Source: Moniliella sp. 'wahieum'
Lineage: Eukaryota
Direction: 5' to 3'
DNA: 64,000 bases
Assembly (NCBI GenBank): GCA_003971905.1
Contig: RSEE01000145.1
Coordinates: forward strand, 62,001 to 126,000
Shown here: piece by piece, positions 53,866-64,000 of the stretch
Position numbering within the stretch: position 1 is the first letter of the stretch
Layout of the letters: each line of letters begins with the position of its first letter
Position numbers and translations under genes: made by a program
The notes under the pieces: generated by a model
Told to the model about the DNA's origin: nothing
Databases searched by the model: none
Seen by the model: the letters and a program-made list of their open reading frames with translations, nothing else

Positions 53866-56800
53866 TTAAGACGACCCAGGCCTACGCGCGGAGACAGGGG
53901 ACACATGCACCCCCCCCGCACTCCCCCCCTCCGCCGCACCACTCCCACCCTCTGCCGTACGAGCGGACGCCTCTTGCCCGCACCCGCCCCGGCGTTCCAG
54001 CTAGGCACGCTACCTGCTGCGCCGGTCCAAAAAGGCGGGAGGAAGGGAGGTTGTGTCCCATGCGCAGCATGTGCGTGCGGCGTAGCGTGCGCGGGTACGC
54101 CCCCCGCCCCACCGAAGAGGAAGGTGTAGTGAGCCAAGCAGGTCCGGGTCCCGCTTGGTGCGGCCCCTGTGGGCAGAGGCCGAGGCCGACGTAGACGTAG
54201 ATGGGCCAGGAACGTTCGAAGGAGTTGAGCCCGTACCCGTACCTGTGCCCGTTCCCGAGCCTGTGCCGGGCCGGGACGATTAGGTCCACTAGGGCCGGCG
54301 GTAGGTGTGGGTGTAGATGTGCGGTTGGCGTTGGCGGCGGTGGACGTGGAGGCGGGTTGGGGTTAGATGTGGGTGTAGGTGTAGGTGTGGAGGTAGGTGG
54401 CGGATGGGGGGTGGACGCTGATGCTGCCCCAGGAAGGGGCGGGGGTGGGAGTGGCATGAGCATGGGCCGGATGCGGGTTAGGGCTCGGGTGGGTGGTGAT
54501 CCCCGGTGCATCCAGGGGGACTGGACGTGAGCGTAACCTGTTGGGGTGGAGTTGTCCCCGGAGCCGATCCTGAGCCTGGGACGCCCACGCCGACCCCTAT
54601 GCCCGGTACAGGTGCGCCTGCTCCGGCGCCGCGGGCTAGAGCTGCGGGCCCAGCGAACGGCGCGATGGACGGTCCCAATGCGCCCATACCAGCCCCTGCA
54701 CCCGCACCAGCGGCATACCTGGCCCATACCTCCCATGCCCATACCGCCCATACCTGCTCCCATACCCATACCGCCCATACCGCCCATACCTCCCATGCCC
54801 ATACCGCCCATGCCCATCCCCATGCCCATACCTGGTGCGCCCGGAAAGCCTAGGGGCGGGGGCAAGTTGCTATGGGGCAACGGCATGACGGACCAAGGGT
54901 ACGCAGGATCGTACAGCGCCGCCAAGACCGAGACGGAATTGAACACGTCCCCTGGTGATCCGGCAGGGGGCATGTGCGGTGCCGTGGCGTCCAGGTAAGG
55001 GTGCGGGCGCCGCTCCAGAGCCCGAACGTCCAGGCAGGATGCTAGGTGCGGCAGCTGGGGCTGAGGGAGGGTAGGATCAGGTCGTTGGACCGAAGGCGAT
55101 TGGGTCGTCGCGTGGTGCGCAGCTTGACCCTGACCTGGAGCTTGACCCTGACCCTGACCCTGACCCTGAGCCTGAGCTTGACCCTGGGCCTGGGCCTGAG
55201 CGTGGACGTGCGAAGGCGAGGTTGTTGTTGTCCACTAGCGCGGAGGAATTGCATCAACAAGTCCATCCCGCTACCCGATGGTGCCAGTCCGTCCCCGCCG
55301 GCGGTCGCGACGGGGGGAAAGAAGACGCCGAGGAAGTCGAGGAGGGCAAGCCGCCCGGGCCAGCCAAGTTGATGGGAGGGTAAGACGTGGGTGCGGCTCC
55401 AGCACCCGCTCCAGCACCGGAACCAGTACCTGTACCACTCCCGCTCCCGTTCGTGCCACCTGGGAACCCGCCTGGGAAGAAGATGATGAAGATGAGGGAC
55501 CTCGAGCGCCGGAGGCTGTGGTGCCCATGCCGCCTCCGGTCGATCCAAAGGACATTTCCGACTCGTACCTGCCGGAGGGGCGGATCGGAGCGGGGCACTA
55601 TTAGCCTGGCCCGTACCTGACCCATCCTGATTGGCCATCGTAGTATCGATAGTAGCCAACGTCGAGCTGCGGGACAAACCTGAAGTGGGTGCGCCCATAC
55701 CGAGGCCCGTGCGGCCCTGCGATCGCGGTCGTGGTCGCGGAGGCGAATGCGATAGCGCACGAGTCTGCACCGTAGCTCCGCTGGTGCTACTGCCGCGCTC
55801 GTGGGTGGCACTGGAGGAGCTATGCACGTCGGTTGTACGAGCGCGTTTGGGACGGGGCGAGGTACGCTCCGTGTCGTAGTCAGTTGCTTTGCGCGTGGTG
55901 CTGGTGGAGGTGTGGTGGGAGCGCCAGTGCGCGGTTTGGACGATGGTGCGACGGAGCCAGAGACCGAGCCGGATACTGAACCGGTCCCGGACCCCGCTGA
56001 CGGAGAGTGGTCCGGTGCAGTGTTGGTGGTATTGTTGGCAGATGCGGAGGCAGGTGCCGCAGTGGCCGAGGAGGCCGATGCGCCCGGATCGGGATTGTAC
56101 CGTGCAATGAGTCGGTCGGCACTTTCGGGCAAGCCTTCGGGGGCAAGTCGGACTGGGCACGCAGTTGCTGCAACAGTTCCGAAGGGGTTTTGCCTGGCCA
56201 AGTGTGCCATGCGCGGGTCACGGTACGTTCCGAAGTGGAGGCCAACAAGACTTCAATATCGTTCATCTCAGCTTCGCTAAATCCATGGCCCAAGACGTTG
56301 GTCACGCCCCCGGCAAAGGTGCCGAGGGTAGCGACCACGTCACGGATCTGGTTGTTTTCCAACATGAGTTGGTGGAGCATGTAACGCAAGTGCATCACTT
56401 CGTTCATTGTTCCACCGCCAATTGCTCTACTACCGAAGTTTCGAGCGCTTTGATGTACTCTTGTTTGCGCTGACGGAATTCGCGTTGGGCAATACGGTTT
56501 TGGGCTTTGCGGCCGCCGCCAGTGGCCGTTCCGGGCGCGGAATCGAGATCGGGCGTGTCCAGGTCGTCCAGCTCGTCGTCGCCGAGCGACGGGCGGGAGA
56601 GGGCGACTTGGGATGGGACTTTTTCGTGCGCGCCGTACTGGCTTTCTTGGCGGCCGAGCTGGCGGCCGCGGGGCTTGGGGTGGACTTGCCAGGCGCAGCT
56701 GCCGGAGCGGGGCGGACGCAGAAGCGAAGCGGGGGCAGCAGGAGCAGGAGCAGTGGCCGGGGCAGAGGTGGAGGGGAGGCAGAGGTGGTGGGGGTATCGT

Positions 56801-56900
56801 CGGCGTCGCTGGTGGGGCTGACGGCGGGTGGACTGGGTGGCCGGTGGCCTGCTGGAGGGCAGCGAGCCAGGGGGTGCCGGGGGCAGGGGGCGCTGGCCAT
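53866..56900 (-). CDS. bZIP (Yap/AP-1-like basic region) transcription factor with long low-complexity C-terminus, multiply frameshifted
   Basis: DDELDDLDT..GGGRKAQNRIAQREFRQRKQEYIKALE at ~56580-56440, then LRYMLHQLMLENNQIRDVV; Gln-, Gly/Met- and Pro-rich tracts downstream. Boundaries are approximate. Confidence 0.8.
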
Positions 56901-57192
56901 GGCTACGCGAGGGAAGGGGGGTGGGGCGATGGGGATGCTGGTGATGGTGGTGGGGATGGGGATGGGGGTGGGGACGGTGGTGTGGTGGGGTGGTGTGGTG
57001 GATGGGAGTGTGGTGGTGATGGCGGCGCTGATGGCGGGGCGGAGGAGGAGGAAGGCTGAATGCAGCGTGCTGAGCCTCAGCTCAGCGGGCCGAGCTGAGT
57101 CCTCATCGATCGTCTGCCAGGGGGGGGACGGGTGACGGGCGACGGGTGAGGGGCGGAATGGCAGCGCATGGGTTCCGCCCTGCCGCTGGGGC

Positions 57193-59622
57193 TTGCAGTG
57201 CGGGGTTGTACTTGTGCCACTGGCCATCGAGCGCTTCCGGTCCTGGATCCGCCTCGACGACCGGGTTCGCTTTGAGGTGGACAGCGTCGCGTTGGTGGCA
57301 ATTGTGCGGCACCCCAGCGACGACCACTTGGCTCGTATCGGGATGAAGGTGGGCGAGATGGGCGTGAAAGATGGGCAAATTGTGCATGTGCCTGGCGTGG
57401 ATACTGCGGTTGCCGACTGGGGCAGCCGGTGTCCCGCTCCGGATCCCACCGAGTCCCTCGACTCGGAGGGTTCCGAGCCGCCACCGCCGCGCCTGCGACC
57501 GCCCGCCCGCCTTGGTCTCTTCTGCGCCTCCACTGGGATCGCGTGCATCGCGGCAACCAGCGTCGCTTTCCTTGTCCTCCTCGCCCGCCCGCCGCCATGG
57601 CCCCTGCAATTGAAATTCCGTCCGCACCTGAAATTGAAACTCCGTCCGTACCCGTTGAATGCGCGCCCCGCGGCGCTGAGTCCTCCTCCCTTTCCACTCC
57701 CCCCTATCCGTTCGCCGGCGTCATTGAGTCCTCGGGCCCCCTTCCGGGGCGGTTGCGCGACCTGCCTGTCGTCACCCTCGATGAGCAGCGCCGCGACCCG
57801 GTTTTGGCCCTGCATATTGACGTGCTGGCGCGCCTTGCGCAGCATGGCGAGCTGGACGGCTCCGTTTACCCCAAAGGGTATGATCGTTCACAGCCGCCGC
57901 GCGGTACCAACTTCTCGATGACCTCCTCTGGTGGCGCGACTATGCTGTCGGTGGCAAGGATGATCGATCGTCTACTCGCATCCCGGTGCACTTGGTCCTG
58001 GCGATCCCGTCCCACCTGGAGAACGCGTACATGCGTTTCTACCACGAGGCATTCTTCCATCCGCGTGGAGCTCGTTTCGATCACCTGTTGCGCAGTCGCT
58101 GCCACTTTGAGCACATGTTTACGAAAGCTCGCGAGTTTGTTCGATGCTGCGAGGTGTGCCTCCATCGCCCGCCGCGTCGCTCCGTCGCTGGTCTCGGCCA
58201 CAGGAGTGGGCCGATGTTGGCTGCCACCTGTATCTCGATTTCGGACATCTTGGTGACCTCGTCCCTGACGGGCCCGATCGGAATTTCCTGGTCATCAGGG
58301 ACCAAGCTTCTGGTTCATTGCTGCGGCTCTCGTTCCGGACATGAAGTCTGGATCGGTCATCGAGGCCTTGTACTACACCTGGATCAAGCCGTTCGGCCCT
58401 CCTCGGAAGATCACAATGGACAACGCCACCAGCTTCACCACCCCCCCCGAGTTGCAGCGTTTCTTCCAGTCGTGCGGCATTACCCCGGTCTATTCCACGC
58501 CATACAATCCTGGCGCCAATATGGCTGAAACTGCGGTGAAGAAGGTAAAGGACGGCATGCCGCTGCGATCTTGTCCCAGATGTTGGACACGTCCTCCCCG
58601 CACCCCCGGGTGGGTATCGACTTGCTTCTCGCCGGCGTTTGCTCCGCCTGGAACGGCTCCTTTTCTGCCCATTCCCATGGTGTGCCGGAGGAGATCTTCT
58701 TTGGCCGTCGCCTTGTGCACCCCGCTGACCCACTCCAGCCCATGCCGCCCCGCACGAGTGTGACGCGCGGCGAAGGTGACCCGCCTGACCCCGAAGCGCA
58801 GCCTTTCTTTGACGAGTCGTCGCGCTATCCAGTCTTCCCACCTCACACACTGGTTCGCGTGGTCGCCCCCAAGGCTAGTCCGGCTGGCAAGAACCTCTTC
58901 ACTGTCTCTGGCCCGTACCGCGTGGTGGCTCGTCTTAGCGAGGCCAATTACTGTCTGGCTCACTTGAATGGCCATCCACTTGAGCGGCCTGTTCACTGCC
59001 GATCCATGTTCGCGTATTATGGTCCCATGCCGTCTGCCTTCGAAAGTTCCGCCTGTCGCGATCCCATCTTCACGTGGGCCCTTCCCGCGGTGGCTCCACG
59101 CCATGGCCCGGCTCTCCCCACGCTGCCCCTGCAGAAGATGACCTGGACGATGAATCGCCTCCTCCGTCGCTCCCGGGTTCTTGGCCATCTTAACTCTTTC
59201 TCCCTATCTGACTGCCTGGAATGTTTTGACTCTGTTTCTCTCTCTTCTTTGCTTGACCTGCCGTTCTCGCTCGTTGGCGGGGTGTTGTCACCGGGATCAC
59301 CGGCCGGCGGGGTTGGGGAGTTGCGTTTGTGTTGGGGCGGCCGATTGTTCTCCGGTGTTCTGGTTGGCGGGGCTTGAGGCTTGAGGTTGATGGGATATAA
59401 CGAGCTCAACGGCATCCGTTGCTTGTCTCCTTTCCCCCACCTTTTGGCTTCAATTGCCCCCTGACTCCTACCCGGCTTCGTGCCATCTCGACTCCTCACC
59501 TAACTCGCTGCTTCCCTCTCTGCCCCTCGCCTTGATCCCCGGTGCTTCTCTCTGCCACAGACCGTAGTTTGTCGCCAGTCCGATTGCTCGGCCAACGCAA
59601 CACCACGTTGGAAGGGGGGGGG
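57193..59622 (+). mobile_element. 5'-truncated Ty3/Gypsy retrotransposon (RNase H C-terminus, integrase, PPT)
   Basis: LAIERFRSWI..FEVDSVAL..IVHVPGVDTAVADWGSR (RH); HEAFFH..CEVC (HHCC); LYLDF..FGPPRKITMDNATSF..STPYNPGANMAETAVKKVK (DDE core); GPYRVV (GPY/F); purine tract GGAAGGGGGGGGG at 59610-59622. Confidence 0.9.
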
Positions 59623-59877
59623 TTATGCAGGTTATGCTACGTGTAAGAGTGTTGCAGTGTCAGAGGGTTACACTATGAGTCTGAATGGGTGAGGCTGAGG
59701 CTGTGAGACTGAGGCTGGGAAGAAGCATCCGGTGGGCTGTGCGAAGGAATGGAATGGAATCGAGTTATCTGCTGAGCCTAAGCTGCTCGCTCAGACGAGC
59801 GCACGCGAGTTGTCCGTCGCATTGTCGGGGCGCAGCAGTTCTCTGTGGGAGTAACAAAAGCAGGTATCCGTCAGTCA

Positions 59878-62342
59878 CTAGTCCAACCCCACATCACATC
59901 CCCCCCCCACATTCACACATACTGCAACAAAACAAACAAAGTCGAGCCCGACGTCACGCAGCTGGAGCGCAGCCTGGGTGGACATTTTGATCGCGTGCTT
60001 TGCGGCGGACCGATCAGCGGCTCCACCGGCATACACTTGACGGCGCACGGTTTCCGCATACTCGGGCCACCTGGGCCGCGGCCCACTTGACGAACCCCGA
60101 GGCCATGCGCGCCTCGCGGAACGCATGGAAGTAGTACTCTGCGCCGTGCCGGAGCGCGGTGAACGTAACCAAGGCCAACTCGGCCACGTACGCTGCGGCG
60201 TCGCCGTCGGGCCGGATGAGGCGCGTGCGTTTGCGCAGTGTGCTCGTGCGGCCATGGAGGAACGCACAGCGTGCCGCTTCGGCATGCTCGGCTCCAAGTG
60301 CCGTAAGGTGTTTGACCAGACCTGCCATTTCGCTTCGCTTCGACCCGGCCGACGCGATCCGCAGCGCAGCTACCAGCGCTTGCGATACCGCTCGGCCCTG
60401 CACACCCACCCGACGCCGAAGGTCGAGCGAAACGAGCGTCGGCTTGCCTGACGCTGCACTTTCCAAGCGCGCCACCGCCGTCCGACCACGCTGCACAAGT
60501 CCCACCGCCTCGTCCCACGAGCGCAGTGCGATCGCCACGATCAGCTGGTCCGACCAGTCGGTGATCAGGTCGTGCGCCGTCAGCGCCTTGCGGCCAGTCG
60601 ACCCAGCAGGCGTAGTAGTAGTCGTCGTAGTGGTGGTAGTGGATCCCGTGGCAGCAGCAGGGGAGCACGTCGCGCAATACAGCAACAACATCACCGCTTC
60701 CGTTTGCGCCGGCGGCACGAGGGTCAGAGGGTCGAAAGGGTGCGGGTGCTGGTGCTGGTGTCGTGCAGTCGAGGCGATACGTTGAGCGACCTGACGAAAC
60801 GCATTCAACAAAGTCTTTTTGGCTGCTGCCGATCGTGCCGCATACACATACGTTTCTTTTCGCCTGCGAATCCGGATGGCATGTGCCACCTCTGGTCCGT
60901 CCCGTAGGTCAATCACGACAATGTCCGCCAGGGCAAAGCACCGATCCGCACGAAGCACAGCCTGTGTCGTCCCACCCAGAGTGGTTGCGCCTCCTGCGCC
61001 TACACCTGCTGCTGCGCCTGCGGACCCTGGAGTTGCGGTGCTAGATCCCGCCGGGGTGGGGCAACATGCTCATCCGTTGACTTCGTCTGCGATCTTCCTC
61101 TTCCCCCCCCCCCCGACGAGCGGGGTGGCAATCAACAAGCGGTCGTCAAGCAGGACGAGGTGAACAGGCTGGATAGGACGGTAGGTAGCAATGTTAAGTT
61201 GGACCCACCCTGGCGCATCGGCCCACCACATGACGATCTTCCCCGAGTGGGACTAACTTTTCCGCGCCCGAGACGGACGCCCACAGAGCGCGGATCTGCG
61301 CCTCCCACAACGAAGCCAAGTCCGACACGCCGGCTCCAGCGCCAGGTGCTGCTGCTCGCCACCTGCGGCGCCAGGGAGCAAGCTGATGCGGCGCGAGGCG
61401 CGTCGGGCGGCCGTCGTGCGCGGCGCGTCCAACGCCCCTGTTACAGCGAGGTAGGCCAGATCGTCATCGGCAAACGCGAGTGAGGTCAGACAGAGCGGGA
61501 GAGCGCGAGAAGTGGCAGAAGCGGAAGCTGCTTCGGCAGCGGCAGCAGCAGCGGACGCACTGGCATGTTTTGTGCGTGTTTGAGCGTGGCTGGGATGGAA
61601 GCCCATTCGCGAAGGGTATGTTTCAGTTCGATCATATCGTTTTCCAACTGCGCCACTTCTTTCGAGATCCAAATAAAGTCTTGGTAGTTGGCACACACTT
61701 CTTTCTTGAGTTCCTCGCCTGCGCGCGCTTTGACCCCAACCAAGGTCTCCTTTGCTCGGTTGGACCGGAGGCCGCCACCCCTACGCCCGACACCGCTCGC
61801 AAGTACGCTTGCGGCTCAAACTTGTCTGATGAAAAGTACGCCCACTCGGCGTCGGCCGCCACAGCTTCCTCCTCTGCACTTGTCAGCCGTCCCCTGACCG
61901 CGCAGCGACAAACGCCAAGGCATCATCGCGTTCGTGCGCCTCGCCCAAGCCCAACCCCACTGCGGCTGCACCCATTCCCGCGGCTGCTCCTGCGGCAGAT
62001 GCTGGCCCACCGCCCATACCCATACCCATACCCATACCATACCCATGCCCGCCGCGGCTGCAGCTCCAGCATCCGCTGCGGAGCGTGGGCCAAGGACGAC
62101 GGTAACGTGGGCACGGGCGGTGCAGGTGCAACACAGCTGCGCCAGGGGGTAGCGCTTAGACAAGCGTTTCTTGACATTGGATGAGCTGGCGGAGCTGGCG
62201 GCGGTGTGTGGGGGTGGGCGCGGGACGGGTGGGCAGAGGGGTGGGAAGAGGAGTGGGCGGACGCGTAGGCTGAGGAGCCAGGGATGGAGGGGGGTCTTGG
62301 TGGTACACGTCTCTGGGGCCGCGTGCGCAGGGAGCGCGTCAT
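59878..62342 (-). CDS. EXO84: Exocyst subunit Exo84 (Vps51-like N-domain, PH domain, Exo84_C)
   Basis: MTRSLRTR start; FSSDKFEPQAYL..ELKKEVCANYQDFIWISKEVAQLENDMIELKHTLREW; HLVLLDDRLLIA..LRADRCFALADIVVIDLRD; DWSDQLIVAIALRSWDEAV; GDAAAYVAELALVTFTALRH..SGFVKWA. Several frameshifts. Confidence 0.9.
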
Positions 62343-62644
62343 GCGTTTGCCTGCCGCTCGTCGGCCATGCTTCTGATGGGTGGTGTGGTGGATGTGGATG
62401 TGTGGTGGTGGAGATGGAGGTGGGGGTGGGGGTGGAGATGGAGGTGGAGACGGAGGTGGAGACGGAGGTGGAGATGGAGGCGGAGATGGAGGCGGAGATG
62501 GTGGAGGTGGTGGGGTGGAGGCGGCGGGCGCCACGTGGCGCGGGGCAGGCAGGAGCCAGCGCAGCGGGTTGGGTTGCGGATGCGGATGCCGTGCTGACGT
62601 ACGTGCGTTTCCAATGTTCAAGTAATCCAACGCTCAGTGGGCCC

Positions 62645-62654
62645 GTCACGTGAC
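62645..62654. promoter_or_regulatory. GTCACGTGAC palindromic E-box (Cbf1/bHLH-type) in the EXO84/cyclin L divergent promoter
   Basis: Perfect 10-bp palindrome 70 bp upstream of the cyclin ATG; a second CCACGTGG at 62531. Confidence 0.5.
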
Positions 62655-62723
62655 ACGACGGTACATCTGACGGCGACCGACCCACCCACTCCGCCCAGTC
62701 CGTGCCTCCCGGCGACGGTGCGG

Positions 62724-64000
62724 ATGCTGCTGAGCCCGCTGGCGCCGGCGCCGGCGTACGCGCACACGCCCTCGGGGTTGGACGGCATCCCCCCGGCGCT
62801 CGAGGCAGAGGTACGTGTGTACGCTTGCCGTCTGATCCAAGCGGCAGCCATGGCGCTGCACCAGTCGCAGCGCGCGGCAGCACTGGCCCAGATCCTATTC
62901 CAGCGCTTCTTTGCCGTCTCGTCGCTGCGCAGCTTCAGCGTTGCCCCCACGGCGGCGGCTGCGCTCCTGCTCGCATCCAAGCTCGACGAGGCTCCAGTGC
63001 GCACACGTGACCTCCTCCATGTGTTCCACTTTGCCCTCCCGCGCGATGCGCATCGCGCCCGCCTCACCCCGGGCCCACGCGATCGGCACCTCGCTTCGCT
63101 CCGTACGCGTGCGCGTGGGGGTGCGCGTGATGCTGGTGTCCACCACGCCACGCGTCCCACACGTCCCACACGCTCCCCTGTCCGCCCGCCCCAGGCCCAG
63201 TCCACCGACTCGGACACCGCTTTCATCTGGTCCCCACCGCGGTGCGCCGAGGGCGCGTACGTGGCGCAACAGGAAGAGGTGGTGGTGGCGGAGATGCAGT
63301 TGCTCAAGCGGCTTGGGTTCCGGACGGACGTCACGTTGCCCTACAACACGCTGGCTACGTACCTCCAACTCTTGGGGCTTACCGATGCCCAACGCTTCCC
63401 CGGCGCAGCGCAGATGGCTTGGGCCGTGGTGAATGATGCGTATGTCGCCTCCCTTTTTCTTCTCTTCTGTTTTGTTCTTTGGTTTTAAGTAACCCTTTCT
63501 CCTACCTTGCCTCTCTCCTCGCTTTGCTTCGCCTCACTTTGCATTGCTTTGCTTGGCCTCACTCGCCTGGGTACACCTTTCCTTCCTTTCCTTTCCTTTC
63601 CTTTCCTTTCCTTTCCTTTCCTTTCCTTTCCTTTCCTTTCCTTTCCTTTCCTTTCCTTTCCTTCCTTTCCTTTCCTTTCCTTTCCTTTTCCTTTCCTTTC
63701 CTTTCCTTTCCTTTCCTTTCCTTTCCTTTCCTTTTTTCCTTTTTCCTTTCCTTTCCTTTCCTTTCCTTTCCTTTCCTTTCCTTTTCCTTTCCTTTCCTTT
63801 CCTTTCCTTTCCTTTCCTTTTCCTTTTTTCCTTTCCTTTCCTTTCCTTTTTGTCCTTTCCTTTCCTTTCCTTTCCTTTCCTTTCCTTTTTTCCTTTCCTT
63901 TCCTTCCTTTCCTTTCCTTTCCTTCGCGGCTCCCTGACGCAGATTACAACCCCCGTTTACTGCCTCTTCCGCGCCCACGCCATCGCCTGTGCTGCCATCT
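62724..64000 (+). CDS. Cyclin L-type transcriptional cyclin (runs off window end)
   Basis: EVRVYACRLIQAAA..AQILFQRFF..LLASKLDEAPVRTRDLLHVF..AEMQLLKRLGF..LPY..YLQLLGL..AWAVVNDA, intron 63440-63942, then PVYCLFRAHAIACAAI. Confidence 0.9.
63576..63925. repeat. (TTTCC)n microsatellite inside the cyclin L intron
   Basis: About 350 bp of TTTCC units between the GTATGT donor and CTGAC..CAG. Confidence 0.95.

Noticed and set aside
52791..54137. Long KGKER / FPFLS / WSWS ORFs (also 63479-63978)
   Set aside because: Translations of microsatellites, not genes
59623..59870. 3' LTR of the Gypsy fragment
   Set aside because: It follows the PPT but has no clear TG..CA boundaries and no second copy in the window

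Overview
GC-rich, intron-poor fungal (basidiomycete, probably Ustilaginomycotina-like) nuclear DNA. Many single-base frameshifts occur inside otherwise intact conserved genes and look like long-read consensus errors. The gene-dense parts carry YPT6/Rab6, a repeat-containing GPI/cell-wall protein, a CipC-like protein, MAS2, a box C/D snoRNA, a FLILHELTA/MRX11 protein, a CaM kinase, a YPK1/Gad8 kinase, PRE1, PEP3/VPS18, RPS18, a C2H2 TF, a bZIP TF, EXO84 and cyclin L. A ~20-kb island with no recognisable host gene (about 33.6-53.8 kb) holds a tRNA-like gene with an aberrant anticodon arm and an intact 4.1-kb non-autonomous copia/Ty5-type LTR element (5-bp TSD, PBS, PPT) encoding a repeat-rich protein instead of Pol. 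The island also holds two related solo LTRs, two Helitron-like 3' ends and a ~124-bp-arm inverted repeat. A 5'-truncated Ty3/Gypsy RNaseH-integrase fragment lies between the bZIP gene and EXO84. The most unusual unexplained signal is a pervasive 7-bp-periodic 'TRR-N4' (TGA/TAA/TAG/TGG + 4 variable, often palindromic bases) array grammar in host intergenic DNA.
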